IMG/VR virus record: IMGVR_UViG_3300030099_003199
Location: 32,001 to 96,000 of that record
DNA: 64,000 nt
Strand: one strand, 5' to 3'
Source: a virus
Lineage: Duplodnaviria; Caudoviricetes
A program made the translations under genes and the position numbers. The stretch's first letter is position 1. Each line of letters opens with the position of its first letter. Shown here one piece after another: positions 1-9,842 of this stretch. The notes below the pieces were generated by a model that did no database searches, was not told the origin of the DNA, and saw only the letters and a program-made list of their open reading frames with translations.

Positions 1-2278
1 CAGTATATTTATTTACAATAGCTTGATGCTCTTTTCTTAAATTTCCTCCAATAGAAGCAGCAGGATCATGTCCCTTTTCTTTTAAAAACTGAGTTCTCCA
101 GTTATATGCTTCATCTACTAATGCTTTTCTATATGTTTGTTTATCTGGAAAACTAAGTTCACTATAAACGCCTTGTTCAAGATCTAATATTTCATAATTA
201 TCAAAATTAGTACCATCAACATCATTTCCTATACTTATAATACCTTGTTGATATTGAGGTATATCTGTTTCTTTTATTAATTTATGTTTTCCATTTGCAC
301 CTGCAATTATTTTATATCCACTAGGATATACTTTTTCTCCATTTGCATCAAAGTATGGAACTTCTCCATAATTAAGTTTAATTCCATAACCATCACCAAA
401 ATCACGAACTGCTTCATTAGAATAAGCTTTATCTACTTGCTCTATAAATTCATTACCACTATGACCTGACCATCTATATTCATTAAATCCACTATTAGGT
501 GTACCATATTCATCAGCTGTATAACCTTGTGTTTGTATTACTGTTTTAGGTAATGGTAAATAAATATATTCTTTACCTACTTTTTGTGCATAATCAACTA
601 GTTCTCCTAATTGAACAGCAGTAGAATTACTAAATCTTTTTTTAAGTGCAGATTGAAATTCATCAGGATTATTTTGAAAATTATCATAAGCATTATTAAA
701 TTCTAAAGCATCATTTTTACGAATATCATATATTATTTTTGCATCATCATAATTTTGTTGTGCATATGCATTTTTATGTTCAAGATATTTTTTAAATCCA
801 GGACTTGCTAAAATTTCAGCTTTATCTTCAGCTGACAGATTATGTATACCGCCTTCATCATAGTTTCTTTTTAATAAATCACTATGTTTTTTATAATCAA
901 ATTGATTCCAAAAATCATCTTGCGCCATAAAGCTTGTATAACGAACTCTATCTTTAGGATTTAAAAGATGAGATTGAGCACCATTATTTTGCCAATTTCT
1001 GTCATATGAACCACCTTTTGTTACTCCTGACTCAGCATCTACTTGATGATACATTTTATCAAATGATGGACTCCATTGTTCATTTCTACTACTAAGATAT
1101 TCTTGAATAGTTTGACCTTCATTCTTTTTTATATTATTTTGTAATCTACCATAATCATCTACAAGATATGCATATTGCGAAATCATTGTATTTACATCAT
1201 CAGTTGCCCAGTTATATGAATCATCAGCAAAACCAGATGTTTTTATAGCATCTAATCTTGTTTGTAAATCTGCTGTAGTTAAATTTTTAAATTTTTGTTG
1301 TTGATCAAGATGTGCTTGACTAAAATAAGTTTCTCTGTTAGGTACATTTGATGGCTCGTTTAGAAAAATTTGGTTATTTTCATATGTTTTTCTTGCATTT
1401 TTATTAAACTCTTGAGCTTGATCTGATTGACGTTCTAAAACTAAAATACCATCACTAAAACCACCATCTCTAGTGTCATCTAAAACTATTCTTTGATGAG
1501 CTACTGTAAATGGTTCATTATTTTTACCCATTATATTAATACCACCCGTTATTCCTAACGGATTATAATGTTTATTTCCTGCTACTTTATACGTATCTAA
1601 TAATGGCAAATAATTTTGCATATTTAAACTGCTATATCTTAAAGGATCAAAATATGAATTTAAAACAGTAGCTTGATCTGAGCTTAATGGGTTTATGTTA
1701 GTTTTACTTTTTTCAAATGGACTAAAATCACCTTGCCAATATGCTCTCCATTTAGTATTAGTTTTCATTGGTGAAGTACCTACAGATGTTCCAAACAATG
1801 GATTTACATTTAATAAAGTACCAACTTCATTATTAAAGTCAGTAAATGAAACTTTTTTCTGATCTCCTAAATTAAGATTATCAAATGCAGTTTTCATTAT
1901 ACTTCTATCATACAATTGGCCCGGATTTACTCCTTTTGTTTTATTTATAAATTGACCTAATTGCGATGTATTCATCATTCCGTCTTTGTTTACCAAAAAG
2001 TTCATGTCACCTTTTAGTATACTAGGAAGTTGATAAGGAGTAGTTGCAAAATCTGGAATTGGCTGTGTACTTTTAACATAATTCATCCAATCATCATAAT
2101 TACGATATGGAGATTTATAATTAGCATCATAAGGAAAACCTTTAACAGTCCTTACTCCTAATTTAAATGATGGATATACTGTAGGTGTAACAGGCTTAAA
2201 AAAATTAATAATAGGATTAATTGCTTTTTGTATGAGACTACCTGTACCTCCTTGCGCTTTTGGTAAATTTTTTGCCAT
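1..2278 (-). CDS. Large late/virion protein, partial (runs off the left edge, >759 aa); missing from the ORF track
   Basis: ATG at 2278 (MAKNLPKAQGGTGSLIQK...). Frame open in the segments I translated, including the window edge (...EHQAIVNKYT); the middle was not checked codon by codon. Preceded by the GTATATTATA motif. Confidence 0.8.
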   Translation of the reverse strand, partial: MAKNLPKAQGGTGSLIQKAINPIINFFKPVTPTVYPSFKLGVRTVKGFPYDANYKSPYRNYDDWMNYVKSTQPIPDFATTPYQLPSILKGDMNFLVNKDGMMNTSQLGQFINKTKGVNPGQLYDRSIMKTAFDNLNLGDQKKVSFTDFNNEVGTLLNVNPLFGTSVGTSPMKTNTKWRAYWQGDFSPFEKSKTNINPLSSDQATVLNSYFDPLRYSSLNMQNYLPLLDTYKVAGNKHYNPLGITGGINIMGKNNEPFTVAHQRIVLDDTRDGGFSDGILVLERQSDQAQEFNKNARKTYENNQIFLNEPSNVPNRETYFSQAHLDQQQKFKNLTTADLQTRLDAIKTSGFADDSYNWATDDVNTMISQYAYLVDDYGRLQNNIKKNEGQTIQEYLSSRNEQWSPSFDKMYHQVDAESGVTKGGSYDRNWQNNGAQSHLLNPKDRVRYTSFMAQDDFWNQFDYKKHSDLLKRNYDEGGIHNLSAEDKAEILASPGFKKYLEHKNAYAQQNYDDAKIIYDIRKNDALEFNNAYDNFQNNPDEFQSALKKRFSNSTAVQLGELVDYAQKVGKEYIYLPLPKTVIQTQGYTADEYGTPNSGFNEYRWSGHSGNEFIEQVDKAYSNEAVRDFGDGYGIKLNYGEVPYFDANGEKVYPSGYKIIAGANGKHKLIKETDIPQYQQGIISIGNDVDGTNFDNYEILDLEQGVYSELSFPDKQTYRKALVDEAYNWRTQFLKEKGHDPAASIGGNLRKEHQAIVNKYT

Positions 2279-2294
2279 AATAGATTTGCTATAC

Positions 2295-2304
2295 TATAAT
2301 ATAC
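2295..2304 (-). promoter_or_regulatory. Putative late promoter motif GTATATTATA
   Basis: Identical 10-mer also at 28949-28958 and 39069-39078, each just upstream of a minus-strand gene start. Confidence 0.6.
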
Positions 2305-2493
2305 AAAAATAAAAAAAATAATCCTAGTATCCCCCCTACACATTATGGCACATCCAGTGATTATAAAAGTTGTATGCATGGCATTTTAGTTGGGTCCTAC
2401 ACTGCGGCTCCCCTACTTTGTCCTGGACCAGTGTGTCCCCCCGGTCAAATCCAGGGATAATTAAATTTTTTATTAACTGTTAAAATTAAACAA

Positions 2494-2916
2494 ATGGCAG
2501 ATTCAAAAACCTACGTGGTTCAAAAGGAACTACACTTCAAATCAGTGGCTAAGTCAAAGAAAGCCGTAATCTTTTGTTCAAACCCAGTCAGCAAAGCAGA
2601 CGTGGACAGAGTTAGTAAACTCCGTGAAAACAGACTTAACGGCAAAACTAATACAGGTGACACAACTATGCAGTTTGGTAAACTCAAAGCCAGAGGCTTT
2701 AGTGCACTACCAAACTTTGGTGTTAACTACTTCGTTCCAATGGACGTGAGTAAACACAAAGCAAGTGACTTGCCTAAAGTTGGTGACACCTTTACACTAG
2801 ACGTGGTTGTTACTGAACAAGAGGATGGCACTGTGGTTAACGCACGTCCTGTTATTAACCGTAAGACAAAGTCTCCAGTTACTAACTGCTTCTGGGCTTC
2901 ACTTCCTAAAGCCTAA
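2494..2916 (+). CDS. First early gene, hypothetical 140 aa, beta-rich
   Basis: A-rich leader TAAAATTAAACAAATG, distinct codon usage (AAC/GAC/CGT), own terminator. Confidence 0.85.
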   Translation: MADSKTYVVQKELHFKSVAKSKKAVIFCSNPVSKADVDRVSKLRENRLNGKTNTGDTTMQFGKLKARGFSALPNFGVNYFVPMDVSKHKASDLPKVGDTFTLDVVVTEQEDGTVVNARPVINRKTKSPVTNCFWASLPKA

Positions 2917-2921
2917 CACCT

Positions 2922-2953
2922 AGGAGGATGACACGCAAGTGTCTCTTCCTTTT
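2922..2953 (+). terminator. Rho-independent terminator
   Basis: AGGAGGATGACAC-GCAA-GTGTCTCTTCCT followed by TTT; GNRA loop. Confidence 0.85.
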
Positions 2954-3516
2954 AAATTAATCACTATCATGCATACTTACCTGTCATGTTTGTGCAATAT
3001 TGTTACGTTTGCAACAAAAAACACAAAAGTTTGACAAAAAAATGCATTGTGTGTGTAAAAAACTGTGTGAGACATCATATTTCCCATATTTCTCCACTTC
3101 TTACCACTTGACACTTACAGTGGTACATATTAATAACATAGCTATCATGAGAGTATATGTAGTGGTTAAGAACAGTAATCAGCTGCAGCGTCCACTTCTA
3201 TACTCTTATGTATGCTCTCTCTCTATAGGATGAGCATATATGTATCCGCAATATTAAAAATATAAGGCTAGTCACCTTTAGGCACGTGCAGTAGTGCTGC
3301 TTGTAACATTAACAACAGGATGAAGACCCTGACTGCATCTTAATGAGCTTGACTAGGCTCAGTATAATACACTATACAATTAGGATAAATTGACTTATGC
3401 AATAACAAAAACAGAAAGACAGTATACTAGTTACTCTGAGAGCTGTCAGTATAGTGAGAAGGTGTATCTTCTCTCTATATAGAATAGTACTAGTAACCCA
3501 ACTTACACGCAAAAAA

Positions 3517-3927
3517 ATGGAAAAATACAGAGGAACATTAAAACACGTAGATCATCATGAGACACTAAATGTTATTGGTAAAGTAACAGAAGAAGGTGCA
3601 TATGAATTTACACATCCAGATAATACTATTAAGTTTGAAGACTTAACATGGGTAAAAGATTATATTCACGTAGGTCCAGACAATAAACTTGTAACTGCAA
3701 TGGTTAGATCATATGTATGTTTTGACAATGGCTTTCATGCATCTATTATTAATGGTACTAATGCATTTGCTGAACCAGGTCAATATGAATGTGCTGTTCT
3801 TAATAAAGATGGTGATATAGTAGATGATGAAGGAATATTGCATGAATGGACAGATCCATATTGTTACTTATCAGTTGAAGAACTAGAAAAGTTACTCGTA
3901 AAAATATCAAAACTTAAGAAGCAATGA
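3517..3927 (+). CDS. Hypothetical early protein (start refined to MEKYRG)
   Basis: ATG after A-run; coupled to the next ORF by ATGA. Confidence 0.75.
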   Translation: MEKYRGTLKHVDHHETLNVIGKVTEEGAYEFTHPDNTIKFEDLTWVKDYIHVGPDNKLVTAMVRSYVCFDNGFHASIINGTNAFAEPGQYECAVLNKDGDIVDDEGILHEWTDPYCYLSVEELEKLLVKISKLKKQ

Positions 3928-4037
3928 AAAAATTAATGTTTTTGGTTCACAAGTATCATAAGGCTGTGCTTTCATTTATAGTGGGAGCATACCTTATTGG
4001 TATTATTATCATAGTTATAATAGCAGTAATAAAATGA
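3924..4037 (+). CDS. 37-aa single-TM membrane peptide
   Basis: MKKLMFLVHKYHKAVLSFIVGAYLIGIIIIVIIAVIK; ATGA overlaps at both ends. Confidence 0.6.
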   Translation: MKKLMFLVHKYHKAVLSFIVGAYLIGIIIIVIIAVIK

Positions 4038-4189
4038 AAAAGAAATTTAAAAAACAAAAAAATGACAAGAAAATTAATAGAAACTATAAAGAATATACTG
4101 AAGGTAAAGTCAAGAAAAAATATAATAGATACAAAAATAGAAAGAGGAATAATGATGGATATGGAGAGACCGACTTCTTTGGTAGCTAA
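4034..4189 (+). CDS. 51-aa Lys/Arg-rich peptide
   Basis: MKKKFKKQKNDKKINRNYKEY...GETDFFGS; ATGA-coupled to the previous ORF. Confidence 0.5.
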   Translation: MKKKFKKQKNDKKINRNYKEYTEGKVKKKYNRYKNRKRNNDGYGETDFFGS

Positions 4190-4670
4190 GAAATCATTAT
4201 TCAAAGGTAATGTAACTAATATACAGCATGACAATAATAAATTTTGGTGGTACAATCAGATGTATAGTACTTATGTTGGTCAGATATATGATATTAATAA
4301 AGGTATAACAAGTTTAGAGTTTAATCTTAACAACTATTTTAGTAGAAAATGGATTAGTAATTTGTTTAAAGATAATCATACAAATGCTGACACACTAGAA
4401 ATAGAAGGTATCTATAGTAGTTTTGGTAAATTAAGTATGAGATTAATGAGTTGGGGTGCTATTGATTACTACATTAAATGTCCTGATCGTAAAGGAATGA
4501 AATTCATAGATAACTATGATCAAATAAATATGATTAGAGATATGAAAGTAGAGCAAAAAGAAATAGTAAATAAAGTTAGAGATAACTTTGTAGTATTATT
4601 ACATATGGCAGAAAAAGATAGATTAGATAATCACTTAATAGTAAACTTAAAAAACAAAAGAATATGGTAG
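4152..4670 (+). CDS. Hypothetical protein (start probably MMDMERP rather than 4062)
   Basis: ORF track; 5' part of the longer call overlaps the 51-aa ORF. Confidence 0.7.
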   Translation: MMDMERPTSLVAKKSLFKGNVTNIQHDNNKFWWYNQMYSTYVGQIYDINKGITSLEFNLNNYFSRKWISNLFKDNHTNADTLEIEGIYSSFGKLSMRLMSWGAIDYYIKCPDRKGMKFIDNYDQINMIRDMKVEQKEIVNKVRDNFVVLLHMAEKDRLDNHLIVNLKNKRIW

Positions 4671-4990
4671 AAGATTTTCAATATATAAATGGGCCAGATG
4701 TGCCTGAAACAATAAAACCTATGACTGAATTACATGATAAGTTAGTTAAAGGTTACAATGAAGATAAAGAGTTACAAGTTCCTAGACTTATTAATTCAGT
4801 ACAAAAAAGAATACAAAGACAAATAGAAGCAATGGTAGAAGTAGAAGGACAACTTCAAGTATCTAACTCAAAGCTTGTTGGTTGTATTCAATTGTTAAAA
4901 GAGTTAGTCTTTGATAAGGATATACCTACAGCAACGCAAAATAAAATCATTGCAAGAGTAGATGATATTCATAAAACAGTTTTTGTATAA
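4664..4990 (+). CDS. Hypothetical helical protein
   Basis: ORF in a tightly packed operon. Confidence 0.75.
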   Translation: MVEDFQYINGPDVPETIKPMTELHDKLVKGYNEDKELQVPRLINSVQKRIQRQIEAMVEVEGQLQVSNSKLVGCIQLLKELVFDKDIPTATQNKIIARVDDIHKTVFV

Positions 4991-5487
4991 TGGAATTAGA
5001 TAATAACTTATCAGCTAAATTGATAGCAGATAATGTATTAAATACAGAGTTACCTCAAGAAGTTAAAATGTTTCTGGCTAAGAGCATGCTTATTTGGGGT
5101 GACTCACATATTAATATGTTATTACACTATGCATTGCATAAACCTAGTGTACATATATTTAAAGAAGGTGAATATATCTTATATGAAATACATAAAGGGT
5201 ATAAACTAAAAGAATTAGGTGATCACGCTTCTCTTGTAGATAAAGGTTTAGTATATACTTATAATGGGAAGCCATTATATCTTGGCCAAGTTGAAGGCAG
5301 CGGATCATATGGAGATTTTAATCCGTATGCATGTGATTTTAGGATTAGATGTTATGGTATTAATGATGATTTGATGATAAAATCAACAGAAAATAACGTT
5401 AATATTATACATATGTATCCTGTTTCAATAATAAAATCAAGTAAATTAGTTAATACATTAGAGAATTTATATGATTTAAATTCCTAG
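4990..5487 (+). CDS. Hypothetical protein
   Basis: TAATG overlap with the previous gene. Confidence 0.75.
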   Translation: MELDNNLSAKLIADNVLNTELPQEVKMFLAKSMLIWGDSHINMLLHYALHKPSVHIFKEGEYILYEIHKGYKLKELGDHASLVDKGLVYTYNGKPLYLGQVEGSGSYGDFNPYACDFRIRCYGINDDLMIKSTENNVNIIHMYPVSIIKSSKLVNTLENLYDLNS

Positions 5488-5584
5488 ATAGCTATAATAC
5501 TACAATATATTTTAAAATTAGTGAGTCAAAGATAATAGTGTTTCACATACTATTGATATTTTTGTAAGTAAAAATATTAATAAG

Positions 5585-5842
5585 ATGTTATTACAACTAG
5601 CCAACGGACACACTATAGAAATATCAACAGAAGCATATCTTGATATGACTGATGAACAATTGAGGGACCTTGAATGTCTTAGTCCTTCACAATTAATGGA
5701 AATAAATAATCCTTTTTATAAACCATTCTCCAGTAAAACAACTAAAGAAGAACGTGTGGTAGAAGATCCACATGCATTATATAACGTTACTGATGAAGAA
5801 AAGTTAGAAGATTTTTATGACCATGAGAAAGAAGACATATAA
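5585..5842 (+). CDS. Small acidic hypothetical protein
   Basis: ORF with Asp/Glu-rich C-terminus. Confidence 0.75.
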   Translation: MLLQLANGHTIEISTEAYLDMTDEQLRDLECLSPSQLMEINNPFYKPFSSKTTKEERVVEDPHALYNVTDEEKLEDFYDHEKEDI

Positions 5843-5873
5843 TTAATCTGAGTATTTAAATAAAATTAAACAA

Positions 5874-6533
5874 ATGAATTTTAAAAACCAATCAGTTGTG
5901 ATTGTCAAAGATGACATGAACAACGCAATCAGAGTGTCTAAAAATAACGCAGAATATGCTCACATTAGACTATCTCAAGAGAGAACAATGATCAACAGCA
6001 ACGGATGGTTGCAAACAAAACAAGTTACAGCACTTATACATGGTAAAACTGAAGAGTTAATTGCTTCAGGTATTAAAAAGTTTAAGAAGTTACCTGGTAA
6101 TATTGTTATTAAAGAGTCATTAACACCTTTTAATAAAAATAATCCTGATAGAGATTTAAAAATGGCAGGTAATACTGGTATAGTATGTTGTATAGATGGT
6201 CAACCAATCTATAGAACTACTAAGTATGATGCAACTGGTACACAAGAAGATGAACTAATTGCACATAATAACGGTGAGTCTATTCGTGAAGCTAATGCTG
6301 CAACAATGGAAGACTTAGCAGCTGCAAAAGTTTCTGACACAGAAGAATCAGAAGATCCTATTGATGAGAATCAAGTTAACTTAGAAGATGCTATTGCCGA
6401 GGCTGAAGCTGAAGCATTAGAAACTCCTGCTGATCCAGATGAAGATGAGCATGATGAGTTAACTGTTGAGGATACTGTTGAAGAAGAAGTTGAAGAAGAG
6501 GTTGAAGTAGAAGAAAATGTATTCACACTGTAA
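5874..6533 (+). CDS. Protein with very acidic tail, possible ssDNA-binding protein
   Basis: Beta-rich N-terminal domain plus about 70-aa E/D-rich tail ending NVFTL. Confidence 0.6.
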   Translation: MNFKNQSVVIVKDDMNNAIRVSKNNAEYAHIRLSQERTMINSNGWLQTKQVTALIHGKTEELIASGIKKFKKLPGNIVIKESLTPFNKNNPDRDLKMAGNTGIVCCIDGQPIYRTTKYDATGTQEDELIAHNNGESIREANAATMEDLAAAKVSDTEESEDPIDENQVNLEDAIAEAEAEALETPADPDEDEHDELTVEDTVEEEVEEEVEVEENVFTL

Positions 6534-6565
6534 GGAGTAGCAAACCTATAACATTGCTAATGATT

Positions 6566-6600
6566 GAGAGTAACTAGTTAATTCTAGTTGCTCTCTTTTA
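6566..6600 (+). terminator. Rho-independent terminator
   Basis: GAGAGTAACTAG-TTAATT-CTAGTTGCTCTC followed by TTTT. Confidence 0.8.
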
Positions 6601-6641
6601 TTTTATATCTAGTAAAGTATTAATAAAAAATAATTAAACAA

Positions 6642-7136
6642 ATGCACATTAAAAAAGAACAGCTAGCAAAGCTAGCACAAACAAGATTTGAAAATAAGTT
6701 AAACTACCTAGGTATACTTAGTGAATATCAAACTATAACTAAAGATCTTACACAACAAATAGTATACAGCCAATTGTCACAAAGACAACACTTCCTTTTT
6801 AAAAGAGTGCTACACGGTCTCAATGTTTACACACAAGAAGAATTAGAAAAAATGCACTGGGATAAAAAGAGAAGAATCAAAAGAGTATGGAGACGTGCTC
6901 AATCTGTTATTAATACTTGGAAACAAGTTATATGTAACAAGCAAGCTAATGAAGTATTTAGATTATTTCATCATAGCCCGTTAGCTAAACACTTTATAAG
7001 TGAGGATGTCAATAATGTTGACCCACAATTTATAAATAAAATGACGCTAAAAGATTTAGACATAACCTATGAAGATTTAGTTATCAAGTTTATGTCTGAA
7101 GGTTTGCTACCTAAAAATTATTTATTAGCAAGGTAA
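6642..7136 (+). CDS. Hypothetical protein
   Basis: ORF with AATTAAACAAATG leader. Confidence 0.8.
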   Translation: MHIKKEQLAKLAQTRFENKLNYLGILSEYQTITKDLTQQIVYSQLSQRQHFLFKRVLHGLNVYTQEELEKMHWDKKRRIKRVWRRAQSVINTWKQVICNKQANEVFRLFHHSPLAKHFISEDVNNVDPQFINKMTLKDLDITYEDLVIKFMSEGLLPKNYLLAR

Positions 7137-7570
7137 TGCAGGCTAAAAAGAAACTGTGTGTAGGCTGTAAGTCTGAGCAGTACATCTGGAAGAATCAATC
7201 AGGTAACCGTTATTGTAAGTCATGTTGGCATAGAATAAAGGGTAAAGTAAACTCAATCAAACCTAAACCGGTGTTGAAAAAGAATACAAAACCAATAAAG
7301 AAAGTTTCTTCTAAGATGTCTGTTCAGCTTACTATCTACAACAAGTTAAGAAAAACATTCTTAGAGAAACATCCTCTCTGTCAAGCATCACTACCTGGTT
7401 GTAATTTACAATCAACTGATATACACCATATGAAAGGTCGTGGTAAATACTTAAATGATCCAACTACTTGGTTGTCAGTATGTAGAACATGTCATAATTG
7501 GATAGAAGAGAATCCTGTTGAGTCAGAGCAATTAGGATTTAGTAATAAAAAAGCAAAGTCAAATGAATAA
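7136..7570 (+). CDS. HNH endonuclease with N-terminal Zn finger
   Basis: CxxC...CxxC, then C..C, DIHHMKGR, VCRTCHNWI. Confidence 0.8.
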   Translation: MQAKKKLCVGCKSEQYIWKNQSGNRYCKSCWHRIKGKVNSIKPKPVLKKNTKPIKKVSSKMSVQLTIYNKLRKTFLEKHPLCQASLPGCNLQSTDIHHMKGRGKYLNDPTTWLSVCRTCHNWIEENPVESEQLGFSNKKAKSNE

Positions 7571-7757
7571 AGTTATAGAGGTTTGTAAAAACCTGAAGCA
7601 TACAATAGACAGAATCAACGGTGTGCGTACAACAGGAGATAGTTCTTTACATAAGAATAATCCTTGGGAACCAACAAAGCCTAACAAATCAACGTTAGAG
7701 AAAAAGTTAGAATCAATAATGAAAAAAAATAATATCACATATGAGCAGCTTAAATAA
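7563..7757 (+). CDS. Hypothetical protein
   Basis: Overlapping operon ORF. Confidence 0.65.
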   Translation: MNKVIEVCKNLKHTIDRINGVRTTGDSSLHKNNPWEPTKPNKSTLEKKLESIMKKNNITYEQLK

Positions 7758-7953
7758 TGAAATAGATAAAATATCAGAAGAAGTTATACTAAGTAAAAAG
7801 ATAACACATCAATTAACAAAACCCCATATGAGCTTAAAAGATCATAAACCTTTAGATGAATATGATACAGAAGAGATGTATACTTTATTACATAAGTTAA
7901 CCAAAACAGATTTAATAACTGTAGCTTTAAATTTTTGGAATGGGAAGAGATGA
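7741..7953 (+). CDS. Hypothetical protein
   Basis: Overlapping operon ORF. Confidence 0.6.
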   Translation: MSSLNNEIDKISEEVILSKKITHQLTKPHMSLKDHKPLDEYDTEEMYTLLHKLTKTDLITVALNFWNGKR

Positions 7954-9043
7954 AGTACAATCTAAAGCATTAGATATTGTCAACCAACATCATAGGTGTG
8001 GCCTAGCTATATCTATGGGTGTTGGTAAGACACGTATAGCATTACAACATATGATGCAGAACTTTAATCAGTTCAGTAAGTTTCTTGTTGTTGCACCTAA
8101 AAAAACTATTATGAATGCATGGCGTGATGAGTGTGAAAAGATGAATGCTACACATTTATTAGATCATATTAAGTTTACAACATATTTATCATTACGGAAA
8201 CAAAATCCTAATGAGTATGATATAGTATACTTAGATGAATGTCATAGTCTCTTGTATAGTCATAAAGATTTTTTAGATAGATATTCTGGTAGAATACTTG
8301 GACTGACAGGTACACCACCAGTATATGGTGAGAAAGAATTATTAGTAAATGAATTCTGTCCTATAGTATATAACTTTAAAGTTGATGATGCTACTGATAA
8401 TAATATTCTTAATGATTATAGAATCATAGTACACATGTTACCTCTTAGTAATAGTAGAAATATACCTAAGAAAAAAAGAGATGGTGGCATGTGGTATACA
8501 TCAGAAGTTAAAGACTATGAGTATCATACAGGTAATGTTGATGATGCTCCAACTATGAGAGCTAAACAACTAGCATCTATTATGAGAATGAAAGCACTGC
8601 AAACTTATGTGTCTAAAGAAAAATATACTAAACAACTTATGAGTATCATAAAAGATAAATGTATTATTTTTGCAAATACACAGAAGCAAGCAGATAAAAT
8701 GTGTGATTACAGCTATCATTCAAAGAATAAAAATAGTGATAACAATTTAGAATTATTTAGTAATGGGACAATTGATAAGCTTTCTTGTGTTCTTCAGCTT
8801 AGTGAAGGGGTTTCTATTCCTGGTTTACGTAGTGGTATTATTATGCATGCATATGGTAACGAAAGGAAATCAGCACAAAGAATAGGTAGACTACTAAGAC
8901 TTAATCCTAATGAGACAGCAATGTGTCATATCTTATGTTATAAGAATACCATTGATGAACAGTGGGTTAAAAGAGCATTGACAGATTTTTCTGAAGATAA
9001 AATTAAATACTTTGAACCAACTAAACAACAACTAAATGGGTAG
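7940..9043 (+). CDS. Superfamily 2 DExH helicase
   Basis: GVGKT, DECH, GLTGTP and QRIGR motifs. Confidence 0.92.
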   Translation: MGRDEVQSKALDIVNQHHRCGLAISMGVGKTRIALQHMMQNFNQFSKFLVVAPKKTIMNAWRDECEKMNATHLLDHIKFTTYLSLRKQNPNEYDIVYLDECHSLLYSHKDFLDRYSGRILGLTGTPPVYGEKELLVNEFCPIVYNFKVDDATDNNILNDYRIIVHMLPLSNSRNIPKKKRDGGMWYTSEVKDYEYHTGNVDDAPTMRAKQLASIMRMKALQTYVSKEKYTKQLMSIIKDKCIIFANTQKQADKMCDYSYHSKNKNSDNNLELFSNGTIDKLSCVLQLSEGVSIPGLRSGIIMHAYGNERKSAQRIGRLLRLNPNETAMCHILCYKNTIDEQWVKRALTDFSEDKIKYFEPTKQQLNG

Positions 9044-9413
9044 AATGAAAGAAGTATTCATGCAAATGCGTGAAGAAAGATGGATGGGATGTGAAAAAGA
9101 ATATCTCAGACAATATGCTAACAAATTAAAAAAAAAAAATATGCCTAATTGGACAACATATATAGATGACCTAGAATTTGAGTGTGTATATGACCCAGGT
9201 GAAAAACAAACTTGGGATCATCCTGGCGCAAGCTTAACTGTAGAAATACAAAAAGTATGGGCTACACTTGAAGATAGAAATGGTAACCCTATTACAGTAA
9301 ATGTAAAGGATATATTAGATCAAGACATTGATTATGAATCAGCTTTAGAAATTATTCTAGAAGAAATAGAAAATGATGAACCTGATCCTGATAGATTTAG
9401 AGATGACTATTAA
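9036..9413 (+). CDS. Hypothetical protein, possibly two fused parts joined at an A12 run
   Basis: ORF; internal ATG at 9141 just after the poly-A. Confidence 0.7.
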   Translation: MGRMKEVFMQMREERWMGCEKEYLRQYANKLKKKNMPNWTTYIDDLEFECVYDPGEKQTWDHPGASLTVEIQKVWATLEDRNGNPITVNVKDILDQDIDYESALEIILEEIENDEPDPDRFRDDY

Positions 9414-9474
9414 GATAATAATAAGTGATCCAGGTGATGAACAACCAGGAACACATATAATAATAAATACATGA
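9403..9474 (+). CDS. 23-aa microprotein MTIKIIISDPGDEQPGTHIIINT
   Basis: Fills the gap exactly; stop overlaps the next ATG (ATGA). Confidence 0.5.
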   Translation: MTIKIIISDPGDEQPGTHIIINT

Positions 9475-9842
9475 AAGCATTATTTACAAGTATACTTATT
9501 AAAAAAGATGGTGAATGGAAACATCAATTATCTATTAAAGAAAAAGAATACAATGATATGCTAGCTGAATTACCTGATGGTTCTAAAGTTAGTTTGACTG
9601 TAGAAGTACAAAGTAAAGATGCAACATATGCACAGAAAAAAAGAATCCATGCCATGATTAGACAAATATCTAATGATACTGGCATGGACTTTGAACCTTT
9701 GAAAAATGAAGTTAAAGAAAGAGCTGGTCTCTGTATTGATGGTGAGTGTAAATCATTTGCTGATTGTGATACAGATGACTTGAATGCTGCTATACAAGCA
9801 TGCATATCAGTAGGAGATTTTGTAGGATCTAATGTACGTTAA
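9471..9842 (+). CDS. NinB/YbcN-like recombination accessory protein
   Basis: TYAQKKRIHAMIRQIS...SFADCDTDDLNAAI pattern. Confidence 0.55.
   Translation: MKALFTSILIKKDGEWKHQLSIKEKEYNDMLAELPDGSKVSLTVEVQSKDATYAQKKRIHAMIRQISNDTGMDFEPLKNEVKERAGLCIDGECKSFADCDTDDLNAAIQACISVGDFVGSNVR

Noticed and set aside
2158-2379. 73-aa minus-strand ORF (and 284-469 on plus)
   Set aside because: Overlap the much longer ORF starting at 2278 and its promoter.
3000-3233. 77-aa ORF
   Set aside because: Weak start context, unprotein-like composition, overlaps hairpins; more likely non-coding.
7136-7570. Mobile homing element
   Set aside because: The HNH gene is operon-coupled with no flanking intron or insertion signature.
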